64,000 nucleotides of DNA from Thermoplasmata archaeon (GTDB lineage Archaea > Thermoplasmatota > Thermoplasmata > Lutacidiplasmatales > UBA184): the NCBI GenBank assembly GCA_049285595.1, contig JBAQAF010000036.1:21910-85909 (forward strand). Reading direction: 5' to 3'. Below are positions 16,853 to 26,171 of this stretch, in pieces. The notes beneath the pieces were generated by a model that saw only the letters and a list, made by a program, of their open reading frames with translations, did not search any database and was not told the origin of the DNA. Within the stretch, counting starts at the first letter, position 1; each line of letters starts with the position of its first letter. Made by a program: the position numbers and the translations under genes.

Positions 16853-17725
16853 ATGAACGGCGTCCCGGACGAGCTGGCGGGGCGCGTCGTCGTAGTTACC
16901 GGGGCGACCTCGGGGATCGGGCGCGAGATCGCGATCGGTGTCGCCCGTCTCGGGGCCACCACCGTCGTGGTCGGGCGAGGAGCCGATCGGTCGGCGACGG
17001 CGGCGGAGGAAGTCGGCAAAGCGGCGGTCTCCCGCCACGTCGAGTCGGTCGCGGTGGCCGATCTCGCCCGCCGGGCCGATCAACGGGCGCTCGCGGACGA
17101 GCTGCTCCGACGCTACCCCGAGATCCATGTCCTGGTCAACAACGCCGGGGGGATCTTCGCTCGGAGGGAGGTGACGACCGACGGTCTCGAACGAACGTTC
17201 GCCCTGAACGTCTTGGCGCCGTTCGTGCTGACCGAGCGCCTCGCCCCCCGCCTCCGGGAGAGCGGCGAAGGCCGGGTCGTGAACATCGCGTCGGCCGCGC
17301 ACCGGCGCCAGCACGTCGAGCTATCCGACCTTCAGACGAGTCGATCGTACCAGGGGTGGGGGGCGTACGGCCGATCCAAGCTCGAGTTGATCCTGCTCAC
17401 CGGGGAGTTCGCGCGGCGCTACGGGGCCAACGGCCCGACGGTCAACGCCGTCCACCCCGGGTTCGTGCGCTCCGGATTTGCGCAGAACAATCCGGGGGGA
17501 TTCGCCGCGCTCGTGAAGATCGCGGGCTGGATCGGTGGGCGGAGCCTGGTCCGAGGGGCGGTGACGCCTCTCTTCGTGGCCTCCGACCCGTCGCTCGCGA
17601 AGGTTTCGGGGGAGTATTTCGCCGATCGGAAGGTTCGCCGGGGTTCCCGCGCCTCCAGAGATCTTAGCGTTGCGACGCAGCTGTTCGAGCGCTGCCAGGC
17701 CCTCGCGTCCGGGGGAACGAACTGA
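16853..17725 (+). CDS. Short-chain dehydrogenase/reductase (SDR)
   Basis: VVVVTGATSGIGREIA (TGxxxGIG), NNAG, and Y..SK (YGRSKLE). Confidence 0.9.
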   Translation: MNGVPDELAGRVVVVTGATSGIGREIAIGVARLGATTVVVGRGADRSATAAEEVGKAAVSRHVESVAVADLARRADQRALADELLRRYPEIHVLVNNAGGIFARREVTTDGLERTFALNVLAPFVLTERLAPRLRESGEGRVVNIASAAHRRQHVELSDLQTSRSYQGWGAYGRSKLELILLTGEFARRYGANGPTVNAVHPGFVRSGFAQNNPGGFAALVKIAGWIGGRSLVRGAVTPLFVASDPSLAKVSGEYFADRKVRRGSRASRDLSVATQLFERCQALASGGTN

Positions 17726-17784
17726 GAGCCGGAGAGGAGCGTCCGGGCGGACCGGAAGCGCTCCCGCTCCGTCCCACGACTCGT

Positions 17785-18222
17785 CTAGCGCGTCCGAGAG
17801 CGGGAACGCGGTTTCGTAGTCGGTCGCTTCGGCACAGGCGCGCGAGACTTCAGGGTCGCGCGGACCAGGGCGGTCGGAACCTCGAGGAGCCAGAAGATAT
17901 TCCCGTCCGGATCGGCGAACTTTGCCATCGACCCCCAGGATTCCTTCTTCGGAGGAACGGGGAACTGCACCTTTCCCTTCGCCATCCGGGCGACCAGTGC
18001 GTCCATCTCGTCGGTGATGAAGGCGATCCCGGTGTCCCCCGGCTCGAGCGGGGCGAACCCTTCGCACAGATGCACCACGAACCGGTCCCCCGGCGGTGCG
18101 ACGAGGGTGGCGTGCCCCGAGCCTCCGAGGGTGTACGTGGCGAATCCCAGGTTCTTCGTCCACCAGCGGGCGGTCACCTTGGCGTTCGAAACCATGACGG
18201 CGACGTCGGCGAGTGCGATCAT
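17785..18222 (-). CDS. VOC/glyoxalase-family protein
   Basis: Internal ATG 18222 of ORF 17785..19074: MIALADVAVMVSNAKVTARWWTKNLGF...VVHLCE...GIAFITDEMDALVARM...FADPDGNIFWLLE. The upstream part of that ORF overlaps the ROK gene out of frame. Confidence 0.75.
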   Translation of the reverse strand: MIALADVAVMVSNAKVTARWWTKNLGFATYTLGGSGHATLVAPPGDRFVVHLCEGFAPLEPGDTGIAFITDEMDALVARMAKGKVQFPVPPKKESWGSMAKFADPDGNIFWLLEVPTALVRATLKSRAPVPKRPTTKPRSRSRTR

Positions 18223-18245
18223 CGCGCCTCCGACGGGCGACGCCC

Positions 18246-19310
18246 TCATGAGGTGTGGGGTCGCGCACTTTCGGGACCGTGGGAGGTCCCCGGGAAGACG
18301 CCCGACCGTTCGAACGCGGCCACGGCGGCGCCGATCAGTGGTGCTTCTTCGCCGAACTGCGCTGCGACGACCTCCGCCCGAGCCGCCGGGGGCTGGCAAC
18401 GGCTCTGGACCGCCTCGTGGACGACGCGCACCATTCCCGGCCAGCCGGTGATGACCCCGCCCGCGAGGAGAAGACGAGCCGGGTTGAACGCATTCACGAT
18501 CCCGACCGCGCCGTCGGCGAGGTACGATTCCGTCTCCTGGACGATGCGGTTCGCCAACGGGTCCCCCGCTCGGGCCGCATCGAACACCGTACGCGCGGTG
18601 ATGTTCTTCGCGGATCCGGCGAGCTCTACCATCGGCCCTCCCGCACGTTCCGACTGGGTGGCGGCCTCCTGAGCGCGCTCCGCGATCGCCCAGCCCCCGA
18701 CGTACGCCTCGAGGCAGCCGCGGTTGGGGCAGTGACACCGTCGTCCCCCCGCGAGGATCGTCATGTGGCCCACCTCCCCTGCCGCGTATCGTGTCCCCTC
18801 CGCGAGCCTTCCCCCGATCACCGCGCTGCCTCCGACCCCGGTACCGAGGCTCAGGCAGAATAGGTCCTTCCAGCCTCGACCCGCGCCCAACCGCCATTCG
18901 GCGACCGTCGCCGCCCGGGCATCGTTCACTACCAGCACAGGGAGGTGGAACTCCTCGGCGATCGTCGGGCCGAGCGGATAGTCTCGCCAACCGAGATTGG
19001 GCGCGTAGAGCACGGTCCCGGTCGAAGTATCGACCTGCGCGGCGACGCCGATCCCGATCGCCTGGGGTCTCCACTCCCCGGAGGCGAGGCAGGAGCGAGC
19101 GGAGCTCAGCACCGTCGCCACGACACTCCGGGGTCCGGCGTTGGCGTGGGGATACCGACCGCTGCGAAGGAGCACCTGGCCGTCGGCGCCGACCAGCGCG
19201 CTCGCGATCTTGGACGCGCCGACATCGATCGCGAGGACCGTGCGGGGCCCGGTCTCACTCTTCGGAGACCTCACCGCGCGTCTCCGACTCGGCATACTTG
19301 TGGACGACAT
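18246..19310 (-). CDS. ROK-family sugar kinase (glucokinase-like)
   Basis: VLAIDVGASKIASALV, GTGVGGSAVIGGRL...GEVGH, and the zinc motif CHCPNRGCLEAY. The start is ATG 19310 or 19295. Either one overlaps the GH15 3' end by 41-56 nt. Confidence 0.85.
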   Translation of the reverse strand: MSSTSMPSRRRAVRSPKSETGPRTVLAIDVGASKIASALVGADGQVLLRSGRYPHANAGPRSVVATVLSSARSCLASGEWRPQAIGIGVAAQVDTSTGTVLYAPNLGWRDYPLGPTIAEEFHLPVLVVNDARAATVAEWRLGAGRGWKDLFCLSLGTGVGGSAVIGGRLAEGTRYAAGEVGHMTILAGGRRCHCPNRGCLEAYVGGWAIAERAQEAATQSERAGGPMVELAGSAKNITARTVFDAARAGDPLANRIVQETESYLADGAVGIVNAFNPARLLLAGGVITGWPGMVRVVHEAVQSRCQPPAARAEVVAAQFGEEAPLIGAAVAAFERSGVFPGTSHGPESARPHTS

Positions 19311-21120
19311 CCACGAACGTGGAGTGCGACCAAGTGAGGGGCGTCGCGCTCTTGGCCTCTCCGCTCACGTGATCGACCTGCTCGGGGAGCAACCCGGTGG
19401 GGGTCGCGCGGTCGGCGACCCACTCGATCAGCTCCCGGCACCGGGTGCGGTCCCCGAGGCGCAGGCGCGCCTCGGCCAACCAGAGCGTGCAGACGATCCA
19501 GGGGTTCTCGCTGCCGTAGTAGGCGTCGCCCTCGTAGCGGGCGAGCCCTCCGATCCCCGGGACCCAGAGACGCTTCTCGACCCCGTCGACGACCGCCCGC
19601 GCCTTCGGATCGCCCCAGGGGAGAAGGCCGAGTTTGAGGGCGAGGAGGACGGAGGCGTCCTGCTTTGCATCGCGGGGCGCGATCGAGCGGACGAATCGAC
19701 CGAGCTCCGCGTCCCACAGATGCGTACGGGCCGCCGCCATCACCTCGTCGGCCGCCTGCTTCCAGACGGACGGGTCCTTCCCTATCTCGGAGGCGATCCG
19801 GGACGCCCGTTCCAGGGCGTGGGCCACGGCCGCCGCCGAGTACGTGTGGATCCCGAGGCGCTCCTCCCAGAGATCGAAGCTCGGGGAGGGCAGGCCGGTC
19901 GCCGGGTCCCGGAAGCTCGCGAGGAACGTCGCCGCCCCCTTGACGAGCGGCCAGTGACGGAGCAGGACGTCCGGATCCCCGCCGCGCTTGAAGTGGTGCC
20001 AGGCCGCCGCAACGACGGTCGCCGTCTGGTCGATCTGGAGGAACGGGGGGGGATGCCAGGTGCTGCCGATCGCCCCGTCGGGGAAATGGCGGTGGAAGAA
20101 CGAGCCGTCGGGGTTCTGGCACTGCTGCGCGAACGTAAGGAACTGAGCCGAGTTCTCGTAGAGGCCGGCCTCGTCCATCGCCTTCGCGATGTACCCCCCG
20201 TCCCGCCACCAGCAGTAATTGTACGTGTCGCCGGCCATCGCGAGCGAGCGCGTGTCGGGCGAGGCGATGATCGCTCCGGAGGTGCCGGCACAGTGGCGCA
20301 TCACGAGCACGCTGGCCCGGTAGAGCTCCTTTGCCTTCGCGCTGAGGTCCGCGGGGGGATGCGGCAGTCGGCGCCCCACCCACGTCTCCCAGAACCGTTC
20401 CGACTCGCGGACGAACCGGGTGGGGCCCCCGTGGCGGACGTAGTCGCGGATCTCGTGGACCGCGGGGAGGCTCCGCCCCGCGGCCATGAACAGTTGGATC
20501 TCCGTCTCGCCGCCGTCGGTCGAGGGAATGTCCCACTGCATGACACTGTCCGCCGCGCCGTGCGCGACGAGCCGCCCTTCCAGATGGCCGTCCTCGGCGT
20601 CGACGTACGTTCCTTGAAGTCCCTTCAGCGTGTGCTCCCCGCAGACCGCGTGGGTGAAGGCGGGGTTCGAGAAGAACTCGAAGAAGAACCCCCGCTTGTA
20701 GTGGACGAGCGACGGGATGCTCTCGTCGACATAGGCGGTATCCTGGTACATCGATTCCGCGATCTGGAAGGCGTGGTACGCGAACAATCGGACGGGCCGG
20801 GGGGGATCGGTTCGGATCCGGAACACTCGCGCGATCAGGTCGTGGTTCGGGTGGACATGGTCTCGAACGGAGATCGTCACCCCGTGGGCGTTCCAGAGGG
20901 ATTCGGGGAGGTGGCCGGCCCCGTGAGGCACCTGGGCGACCTGGTACCCGTTACCGCCGCGCAGCCAGGCGAACCTCGACGCCGCCACGTCGTACAGACC
21001 GAGGCGGGCCTCTCGGAGCTGCTGGAACTGGCCCGGGAACGGATAGAACAGGTCGTTCCAATCGCCGTTCTCGTTGACGGTAAGGAGGAGACGTCCGTTC
21101 CCGGCGAGCTGGGTAATCAC
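19255..21120 (-). CDS. Glycoside hydrolase family 15 (glucoamylase/glucodextranase-like)
   Basis: 621 aa with GTG start: LAGNGRLLLTVNENGDWNDLFYP...YNYCWWRDGGYIAKAMDEAG...LWEERLGIHTYSAA...ARYEGDAYYG. Confidence 0.88.
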   Translation of the reverse strand: MITQLAGNGRLLLTVNENGDWNDLFYPFPGQFQQLREARLGLYDVAASRFAWLRGGNGYQVAQVPHGAGHLPESLWNAHGVTISVRDHVHPNHDLIARVFRIRTDPPRPVRLFAYHAFQIAESMYQDTAYVDESIPSLVHYKRGFFFEFFSNPAFTHAVCGEHTLKGLQGTYVDAEDGHLEGRLVAHGAADSVMQWDIPSTDGGETEIQLFMAAGRSLPAVHEIRDYVRHGGPTRFVRESERFWETWVGRRLPHPPADLSAKAKELYRASVLVMRHCAGTSGAIIASPDTRSLAMAGDTYNYCWWRDGGYIAKAMDEAGLYENSAQFLTFAQQCQNPDGSFFHRHFPDGAIGSTWHPPPFLQIDQTATVVAAAWHHFKRGGDPDVLLRHWPLVKGAATFLASFRDPATGLPSPSFDLWEERLGIHTYSAAAVAHALERASRIASEIGKDPSVWKQAADEVMAAARTHLWDAELGRFVRSIAPRDAKQDASVLLALKLGLLPWGDPKARAVVDGVEKRLWVPGIGGLARYEGDAYYGSENPWIVCTLWLAEARLRLGDRTRCRELIEWVADRATPTGLLPEQVDHVSGEAKSATPLTWSHSTFVDVVHKYAESETRGEVSEE

Positions 21121-21395
21121 CGGGAGTCCTCCCTCGGGACCGCCGGGCGAGGCACCGTCACGGCGAAGACGAGGAGCCGCGGAGCGTCTTTAACGGTTCG
21201 TTGGAACCGCACGGACGGCGGCGTGGGTCGGCCGACCGGACGACCTCGAGCTTCGCGGAGACGGTCCGGAGGCTCGAGCCGGCGCGAACGCTCCCACGGG
21301 GCGGTCGGTACGGTCGGTAGGGGGGTTCGGCGGCCAGGGGAGCGATAAACGGGCCGTTCCCCTCCCTTCGACACGCGTAGGACCGGTGGAAGGGC

Positions 21396-22430
21396 GTGGC
21401 GCAGAGCGGTCGCGGTTCGAGCTTGGGCCTTCTCATGTACTCCCGGAACGACGTCGACGGCGTTCTCCGTAACGTGCGAACACTACGCCCCTCGATCGCC
21501 GAAGTGGTCGTCGTGGACAGCTCCGATCCGCCGCAGCGCGCCCGACTCGCCGAGGGCCTCCGTCCCCCCGGGGAGAGAATCTGCCCGGCCCCCCCGCTGG
21601 GGAATATCGATCTCCTTCGTCCGTACGGCCTCGCTCAGATGTCGACCGACCGGGTGCTCCAGCTCGACGCCGACGAAGTTCCGAGCCCCGCGTTGGTCGC
21701 CCATCTCTCGGAGCTCGACGCGGCGGAGGCGTACGTGCTCCCCCGATGGGAGGAGGGCGCCCGCGGGTACACGTATCATCTGCGCCTGGTCCGAAGGACG
21801 CACGTCCGGTACGCGGGTCCCAGCTACGGATTCCCCCAAGTCGACGGAACCACGACGGTGCTCGCCCGCCCGTTCCGTCTCGTTCACTCCGCCGCTCCCG
21901 GGGAGCGCTACTGGTCCGACGGGGATCGGCGACGACGGTACCTCCCGTCCGACCTCCTGGAGCGGCCGTACGACCGACGATACCTCCGTCGAACGGTCCG
22001 GGGGAGGGCCGGCCCAGCCGACCCGGCCCCGGACCCTGCCCGCCCTCGGAGCGAGCCTCCACTCTCCCCGGGGGCGACCCGGTTGGTCCTCTGGATCGAA
22101 GCCGCGCGTTCGTTCCTGACCTCGGGGTCATGGGGGATCGCCCGGATGCGCCTCGAGCAGGGACGCCAACGCCGGATCTTCTGGGAACGGTTGACCTCGG
22201 ACCAACAGCGTTGGTTCACCGACACGGCCCCGAGCGTGCGGACCGCGGGCGGTCTGGTGGGGTTCCTCGGCTTCGACGACGTCGCCTATGTGGAAAGGTT
22301 GAGCCGAACGTTCGGCCCCGAGATCGACGGTCCCTCGTTGCTCGATTTTCTCCTGCACGAGCGATCGAGGACAGGTCGGCCCTGGGACGGCGCCAGCCTA
22401 CCGCCGAAATTCCATGTCACCCCGGCGTGA
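21396..22430 (+). CDS. Glycosyltransferase family 2-like protein with an uncharacterised C-terminal half
   Basis: LGLLMYSRNDVDGVLRNVRTLRPSIAEVVVVDSSD...LQLDADEV (DxD-like). GTG start at 21396; an alternative ATG is at 21435. Confidence 0.55.
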   Translation: MAQSGRGSSLGLLMYSRNDVDGVLRNVRTLRPSIAEVVVVDSSDPPQRARLAEGLRPPGERICPAPPLGNIDLLRPYGLAQMSTDRVLQLDADEVPSPALVAHLSELDAAEAYVLPRWEEGARGYTYHLRLVRRTHVRYAGPSYGFPQVDGTTTVLARPFRLVHSAAPGERYWSDGDRRRRYLPSDLLERPYDRRYLRRTVRGRAGPADPAPDPARPRSEPPLSPGATRLVLWIEAARSFLTSGSWGIARMRLEQGRQRRIFWERLTSDQQRWFTDTAPSVRTAGGLVGFLGFDDVAYVERLSRTFGPEIDGPSLLDFLLHERSRTGRPWDGASLPPKFHVTPA

Positions 22431-22628
22431 ACTTCGCAACCCACCTCCGAGCTGGGAGCGAGGTTCTCGGTCCGGCTCATACGCCGAGACTAGTTCCTGA
22501 TGGGTCGGAAAGCCCACTAGCGAAACTCTCCCAGAATCCCGCCGGGCACGAATCGCCTCGTTCGGGCCTCGGAGGGGATCTCTGAAATCCGGGGTCGGAA
22601 CCCTCGCGAGGACCGCGGAGGAGTCGGT

Positions 22629-23318
22629 TCACCGGGCGAGGCATTTGCGATACAGTCGTGCGGGAGAGTCGCGGAGGGCCCGGTGTACCTGGGGCGCGGT
22701 CAGCCCGGCCCCTCGGGCGACCGTCTCGGCCCGGCCGTAGTCCAACAGATGGCTCGTCTCGTGGGCGTCCGAATCGACCACGAGGTCGGCGCCCACCCGC
22801 AGGGCGATCCGGGCGACATGGCCGTTCGTTCGGCCGTGCAGAGACCGGCCCGACAGCTCGATCGCCGTGCCGTTCGCACGGGCGATCTCGGCCTCTCTCT
22901 CCGACAGGAACCCCGGATGGGCGAGGACGTCGACCTCTCCGGACTCCACCGCCGCCCGATTCGTCCCCGGGGGGACCCGTTCCGCCGTCGTTTCGCCGTG
23001 AACGATCACGATCTGAGCCCCCGCGACGCGCGCCCGGCGCGCCGTCTCGGCGATCCGCCGGGGCGGGAGCAACGTGAGCTCGACGCCCAGGAGGGTGGCG
23101 ATCGACCCGTCGTCGAACGCCCGGGACTCCTGGATCAGCTGGTCGAGGATCGGGGTCGGGTCTTCCAAGGCGACGTGGTCGGTGATCGCGAGGACCCGAT
23201 GGCCGAGCTGGGACGCCGCCCACCACATCGAGGTCGCCGACTCCGTCCCGTCGGTGAGGTAGGTATGCGAGTGGAAGTCGAACCGGCGGGCAGGGGCGAC
23301 GGATCGGGATCTCGGCAC
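22629..23318 (-). CDS. PHP-domain metal-dependent phosphoesterase
   Basis: FDFHSHTYLTDGT...LAITDHV...IVHGE...LAHPG...VVDSDAHE (PHP His/Asp motifs). GTG start. Confidence 0.8.
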   Translation of the reverse strand: MPRSRSVAPARRFDFHSHTYLTDGTESATSMWWAASQLGHRVLAITDHVALEDPTPILDQLIQESRAFDDGSIATLLGVELTLLPPRRIAETARRARVAGAQIVIVHGETTAERVPPGTNRAAVESGEVDVLAHPGFLSEREAEIARANGTAIELSGRSLHGRTNGHVARIALRVGADLVVDSDAHETSHLLDYGRAETVARGAGLTAPQVHRALRDSPARLYRKCLAR

Positions 23319-23361
23319 GGAACCGGGCGCGGCAGACCGCTCGGCGGCTTAACTCGCCGGC

Positions 23362-24555
23362 TCACTTGAGAACGGGAACGCCGAGCCGCTCGAGGGCCCG
23401 TCGGCGCAGATCGGTCAGCGCGTTCATGTAATTCGCGTAGGCGTCGTACGGGCTCTCGTAGCTCGAAAAGTACTGATGGACGCCCTGATCGGCGCCGTGG
23501 CCGGCCACGTACATGTAGTAGAAGTGGTCCGACGTGAGCAGGCGGCGCCAATCGGTCAGGATCTCGCGGTCGCCGCACTGTCGCGCGAGCGCCCCGACCT
23601 TCTTCGCCGCTTCGAACGCGGAACGCTGCAGGTCGTTCCCGAGCCAGGCGCCGAGGTCGCGGTGCTGATCGGCCCAGCTCATCGTGTACGGCACGCTGAT
23701 CGGGGCCCGCGGGGGACCGTCGATCGCTTCGTCGACCGTCGCCCACCCGAGCTCGGGGTGGTGGGCGACCTCGCCGGGGAGCGCGCTCAGGAATTCGAGG
23801 ATCCCCGTCGAGGCGGCGTGGTGCTCGCCGAACGTCTCGAAGTCCATGAACAGGCCGACCAGCTCGCCCGGCGTGGACGCGATCCATCGGGCGTACTTCT
23901 CGGCCGTCAGGGGGAACTCGTTCCATCCCTGCGCCGAGAAGCGGAATCCGACGTCGTCGCTCAGCGGGTAGTGCCGGAGGAGCAGGCGGACGGTCGGCGC
24001 GGGGGCGGCGCAGTAGCGGAACGTGGGGGCTTCGCCGTGCAGCGCGCCCTCCCATCCCTCGGCGAGCATGCCGCGGAACCGTTCCGCCTCCGCGAACCGG
24101 GCAAGGTCGTCCGAGTACGCGAGCTCGGTCATCCTCAGGACCTTGGGAGCCGCCCCGAACTCGCTCTGGAGGAGGGCCCGGTGCATCGCGACCTCTTCCG
24201 CCAGCTCCGGCGGGGGAAGCAGGAAGGCGAGCGAGTGGTAGTACGTCTCCGAGAGGAGCGCCACGCGCTGGGTACGCACGAGATGGCGCAGCCGATCGAG
24301 CACGTCCGGCGCCGCGAGGCGCGCCTGCTCGACGAACGTGCCGGTCACCGAGAGGCTGAGCCGGAACTCGGGATGCTCCTCGAGGCTGCGCAGCAGGCGG
24401 TCCATCGCCGGCCGGTAGCACCGCTCGGCGATCCCTCGAAAGATCGAAAGGTTCCGCTCGAGGTCGAAGTACGACCGCCCCGAGCCGAGGTCGAGATACC
24501 GGAACCGGGCGAGTCGCCACGGTTGGTGGAGATGCAGGTAGAGGACGATCTTCAC
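23362..24555 (-). CDS. Glycoside hydrolase family 57-like alpha-glucan enzyme
   Basis: (V)KIVLYLHLHQPWRL...SETYYHSLAFL...DFETFGEH. The start is trimmed to GTG 24555, which overlaps the glgA stop (GTGA at 24552-24555). Confidence 0.8.
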   Translation of the reverse strand: MKIVLYLHLHQPWRLARFRYLDLGSGRSYFDLERNLSIFRGIAERCYRPAMDRLLRSLEEHPEFRLSLSVTGTFVEQARLAAPDVLDRLRHLVRTQRVALLSETYYHSLAFLLPPPELAEEVAMHRALLQSEFGAAPKVLRMTELAYSDDLARFAEAERFRGMLAEGWEGALHGEAPTFRYCAAPAPTVRLLLRHYPLSDDVGFRFSAQGWNEFPLTAEKYARWIASTPGELVGLFMDFETFGEHHAASTGILEFLSALPGEVAHHPELGWATVDEAIDGPPRAPISVPYTMSWADQHRDLGAWLGNDLQRSAFEAAKKVGALARQCGDREILTDWRRLLTSDHFYYMYVAGHGADQGVHQYFSSYESPYDAYANYMNALTDLRRRALERLGVPVLK

Positions 24556-25694
24556 GGCGGCTTGGGCCCCGCCCGGAGCGCGTCGCGGTACGTCTCGACG
24601 GTCTCGAGCGCCCGCTCGGGCCACCCCGCGCGGAGCGCCTCCCACTGCCCCTGATCGCTCATCGCACGCCGTAGCGTGGGGTACTCGAGCAGTTCCGCGA
24701 TCCGGCTCGCGAACTCATCCACGTCCCAGAAGTCGACGCGGAACGTGCCGCTGGAGATCTCCGCGACGCCGCTCGTCTTCGACACGATCGTCGGCACTCC
24801 GGCGGCCATCGCCTCGAGGGCCGCGATGCCGAACGGTTCCACCACCGACGGAAGCACGAAGACGGAGCTCCCGGCCAGGAGCAGCTCCCGTTCCTCGTCG
24901 GAGACCTTGCCGAGGAACATCACCCGCTCTCCGATGCCCAGCCGGGCCGCGAGCTCGACCAAGCGGCCGTACTCCGGCCCCTCCCCGGCGATGACGAACA
25001 ACACGTCGGAGAAGGCGCTCGCGACGACCGCCGCGGCGCGCAGGAACGTGTCGACCCCCTTCATCACCGCAAGACGGCCCACGTAGAGCACGACCCGCCG
25101 CTTGGGATCGATCTCGGCGAGTCGCTCGCTGGGTCGCACGGCGTTGTAGATCACCGTGACGCGGGCCGGCTCGGCGCGATACCGCTGAACGAGCTGAAGC
25201 TTGAGGTGTTGACTGACGGCGATCACGCGCGTCGCGGCGTCGATACCGGCCTGTTCGCGCTCGAGGATGTGGGCCCAGGGATGGCCCAGCGAACGATCGT
25301 ACTCCGTGGAGTGCACCGTCATGACGAGTGGAACCCCCAGCCGCCGAGCCAGGGCGCCCCCGCCCCGGGTGCCGAACCAGTCGTGGACATGGACGATGTC
25401 GGGCTTGGAGGACAAGCGGAGGCTCCCGACCCAGGCGTTGTACCCATCGATGCTGTCGCCGAAGGGGGAACCCGGGAGCTCGCCCGACCAGTACGCCGGG
25501 GGGAACTCGGGGGGTTTCCCCTCGACCGGTTCGCCGGGGTGCCGGAACGTGACACCGCCGACCGGGGTGAACGGCCCGGAGAACGGGGAGAGGAACGTGA
25601 CCCGGTGGCCCAATTTCGTGATCTCGCGGCAGATCTCGTAGCAGTGGACCCCGAGGCCCCCGGAGTGGCTCGGGGGGAACTCCCAGCCGACCAT
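24552..25694 (-). CDS. glgA: Archaeal-type glycogen/starch synthase (GT-B glycosyltransferase)
   Basis: MVGWEFPPSHSGGLGVHCYEI...VHDWF...LPSVVEPFGIAALEAMAAGVP. ATG at 25694. The track ORF extends to GTG 25964 through an R/G-rich 90-aa segment that I could not validate. Confidence 0.85.
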   Translation of the reverse strand: MVGWEFPPSHSGGLGVHCYEICREITKLGHRVTFLSPFSGPFTPVGGVTFRHPGEPVEGKPPEFPPAYWSGELPGSPFGDSIDGYNAWVGSLRLSSKPDIVHVHDWFGTRGGGALARRLGVPLVMTVHSTEYDRSLGHPWAHILEREQAGIDAATRVIAVSQHLKLQLVQRYRAEPARVTVIYNAVRPSERLAEIDPKRRVVLYVGRLAVMKGVDTFLRAAAVVASAFSDVLFVIAGEGPEYGRLVELAARLGIGERVMFLGKVSDEERELLLAGSSVFVLPSVVEPFGIAALEAMAAGVPTIVSKTSGVAEISSGTFRVDFWDVDEFASRIAELLEYPTLRRAMSDQGQWEALRAGWPERALETVETYRDALRAGPKPP

Positions 25695-26171
25695 GAGGAT
25701 CTCCAACGGTCGGCCCGGTCGGCTGGAGACCCGCTTCTCGGGACGGCCCCGCCCACGTTCGGAAGAGGGGAGCCGCGCGACCCCGCGATCGAGCGCCTCG
25801 ACTCCGTCGGATTCGGAACGACGCTCGCGACGCACCGCGGGTCGTCCTCTGCCTCGCCCGGAGCCCCGGCCCCGAACGGCGGACCGCGCGCGGCGAGCGG
25901 GACGGGAGTTCTCCGATGGTGCCAATTTCTCCCTCTCCTCGGCGCGCGGCGGCGCGGCGGCCACCGGGCCGGGGCAGATGAAGCCGCCGACACCGGGCGG
26001 GGGGGCTCACCGCTCGTCGCCGACCGCGACGCCGCGGCAGGCGAGTTCATCCGGACAGTAGATAAGGAGCCGCCGATACCGTCGGGTCGTAGGGGATGAA
26101 GCTCCCCTTCAACCGCCCGGCGCGGGCTGATAGCTTCTACTTCGCCGAACCGCGCCCCCGAGGGCGAACGC

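Noticed and set aside
17785-19074. 429-aa ORF suggesting a large protein
   Set aside because: Only the last 145 aa (from ATG 18222) are VOC-like. The upstream 284 codons overlap the ROK kinase gene in another frame and are R/G-rich.
19141-21348. Long shadow ORFs opposite real genes: 19141..21348 (+), 28853..30922 (-), 41662..43584 (+), 57683..59752 (+), 34271..35665 (-), 14378..15823 (+), 15826..17019 (-)
   Set aside because: All are R/G/P/E-rich with no recognisable motifs. Each lies opposite or out of frame to a gene with strong family signatures (GH15, Acs, K+ channel/thermopsin-like, thermopsin-like 2, the coiled-coil protein, the phosphodiesterase, ComA-like/SDR).
25695-25964. 90-aa R/G-rich N-terminal extension of GlgA (RGRGSGRGRGRP...)
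   Set aside because: It could be a real disordered RGG-like extension. However, it starts at a GTG, has the composition expected of non-coding GC-rich DNA, and the conserved GT-B fold begins exactly at ATG 25694. I kept it as an alternative start only.
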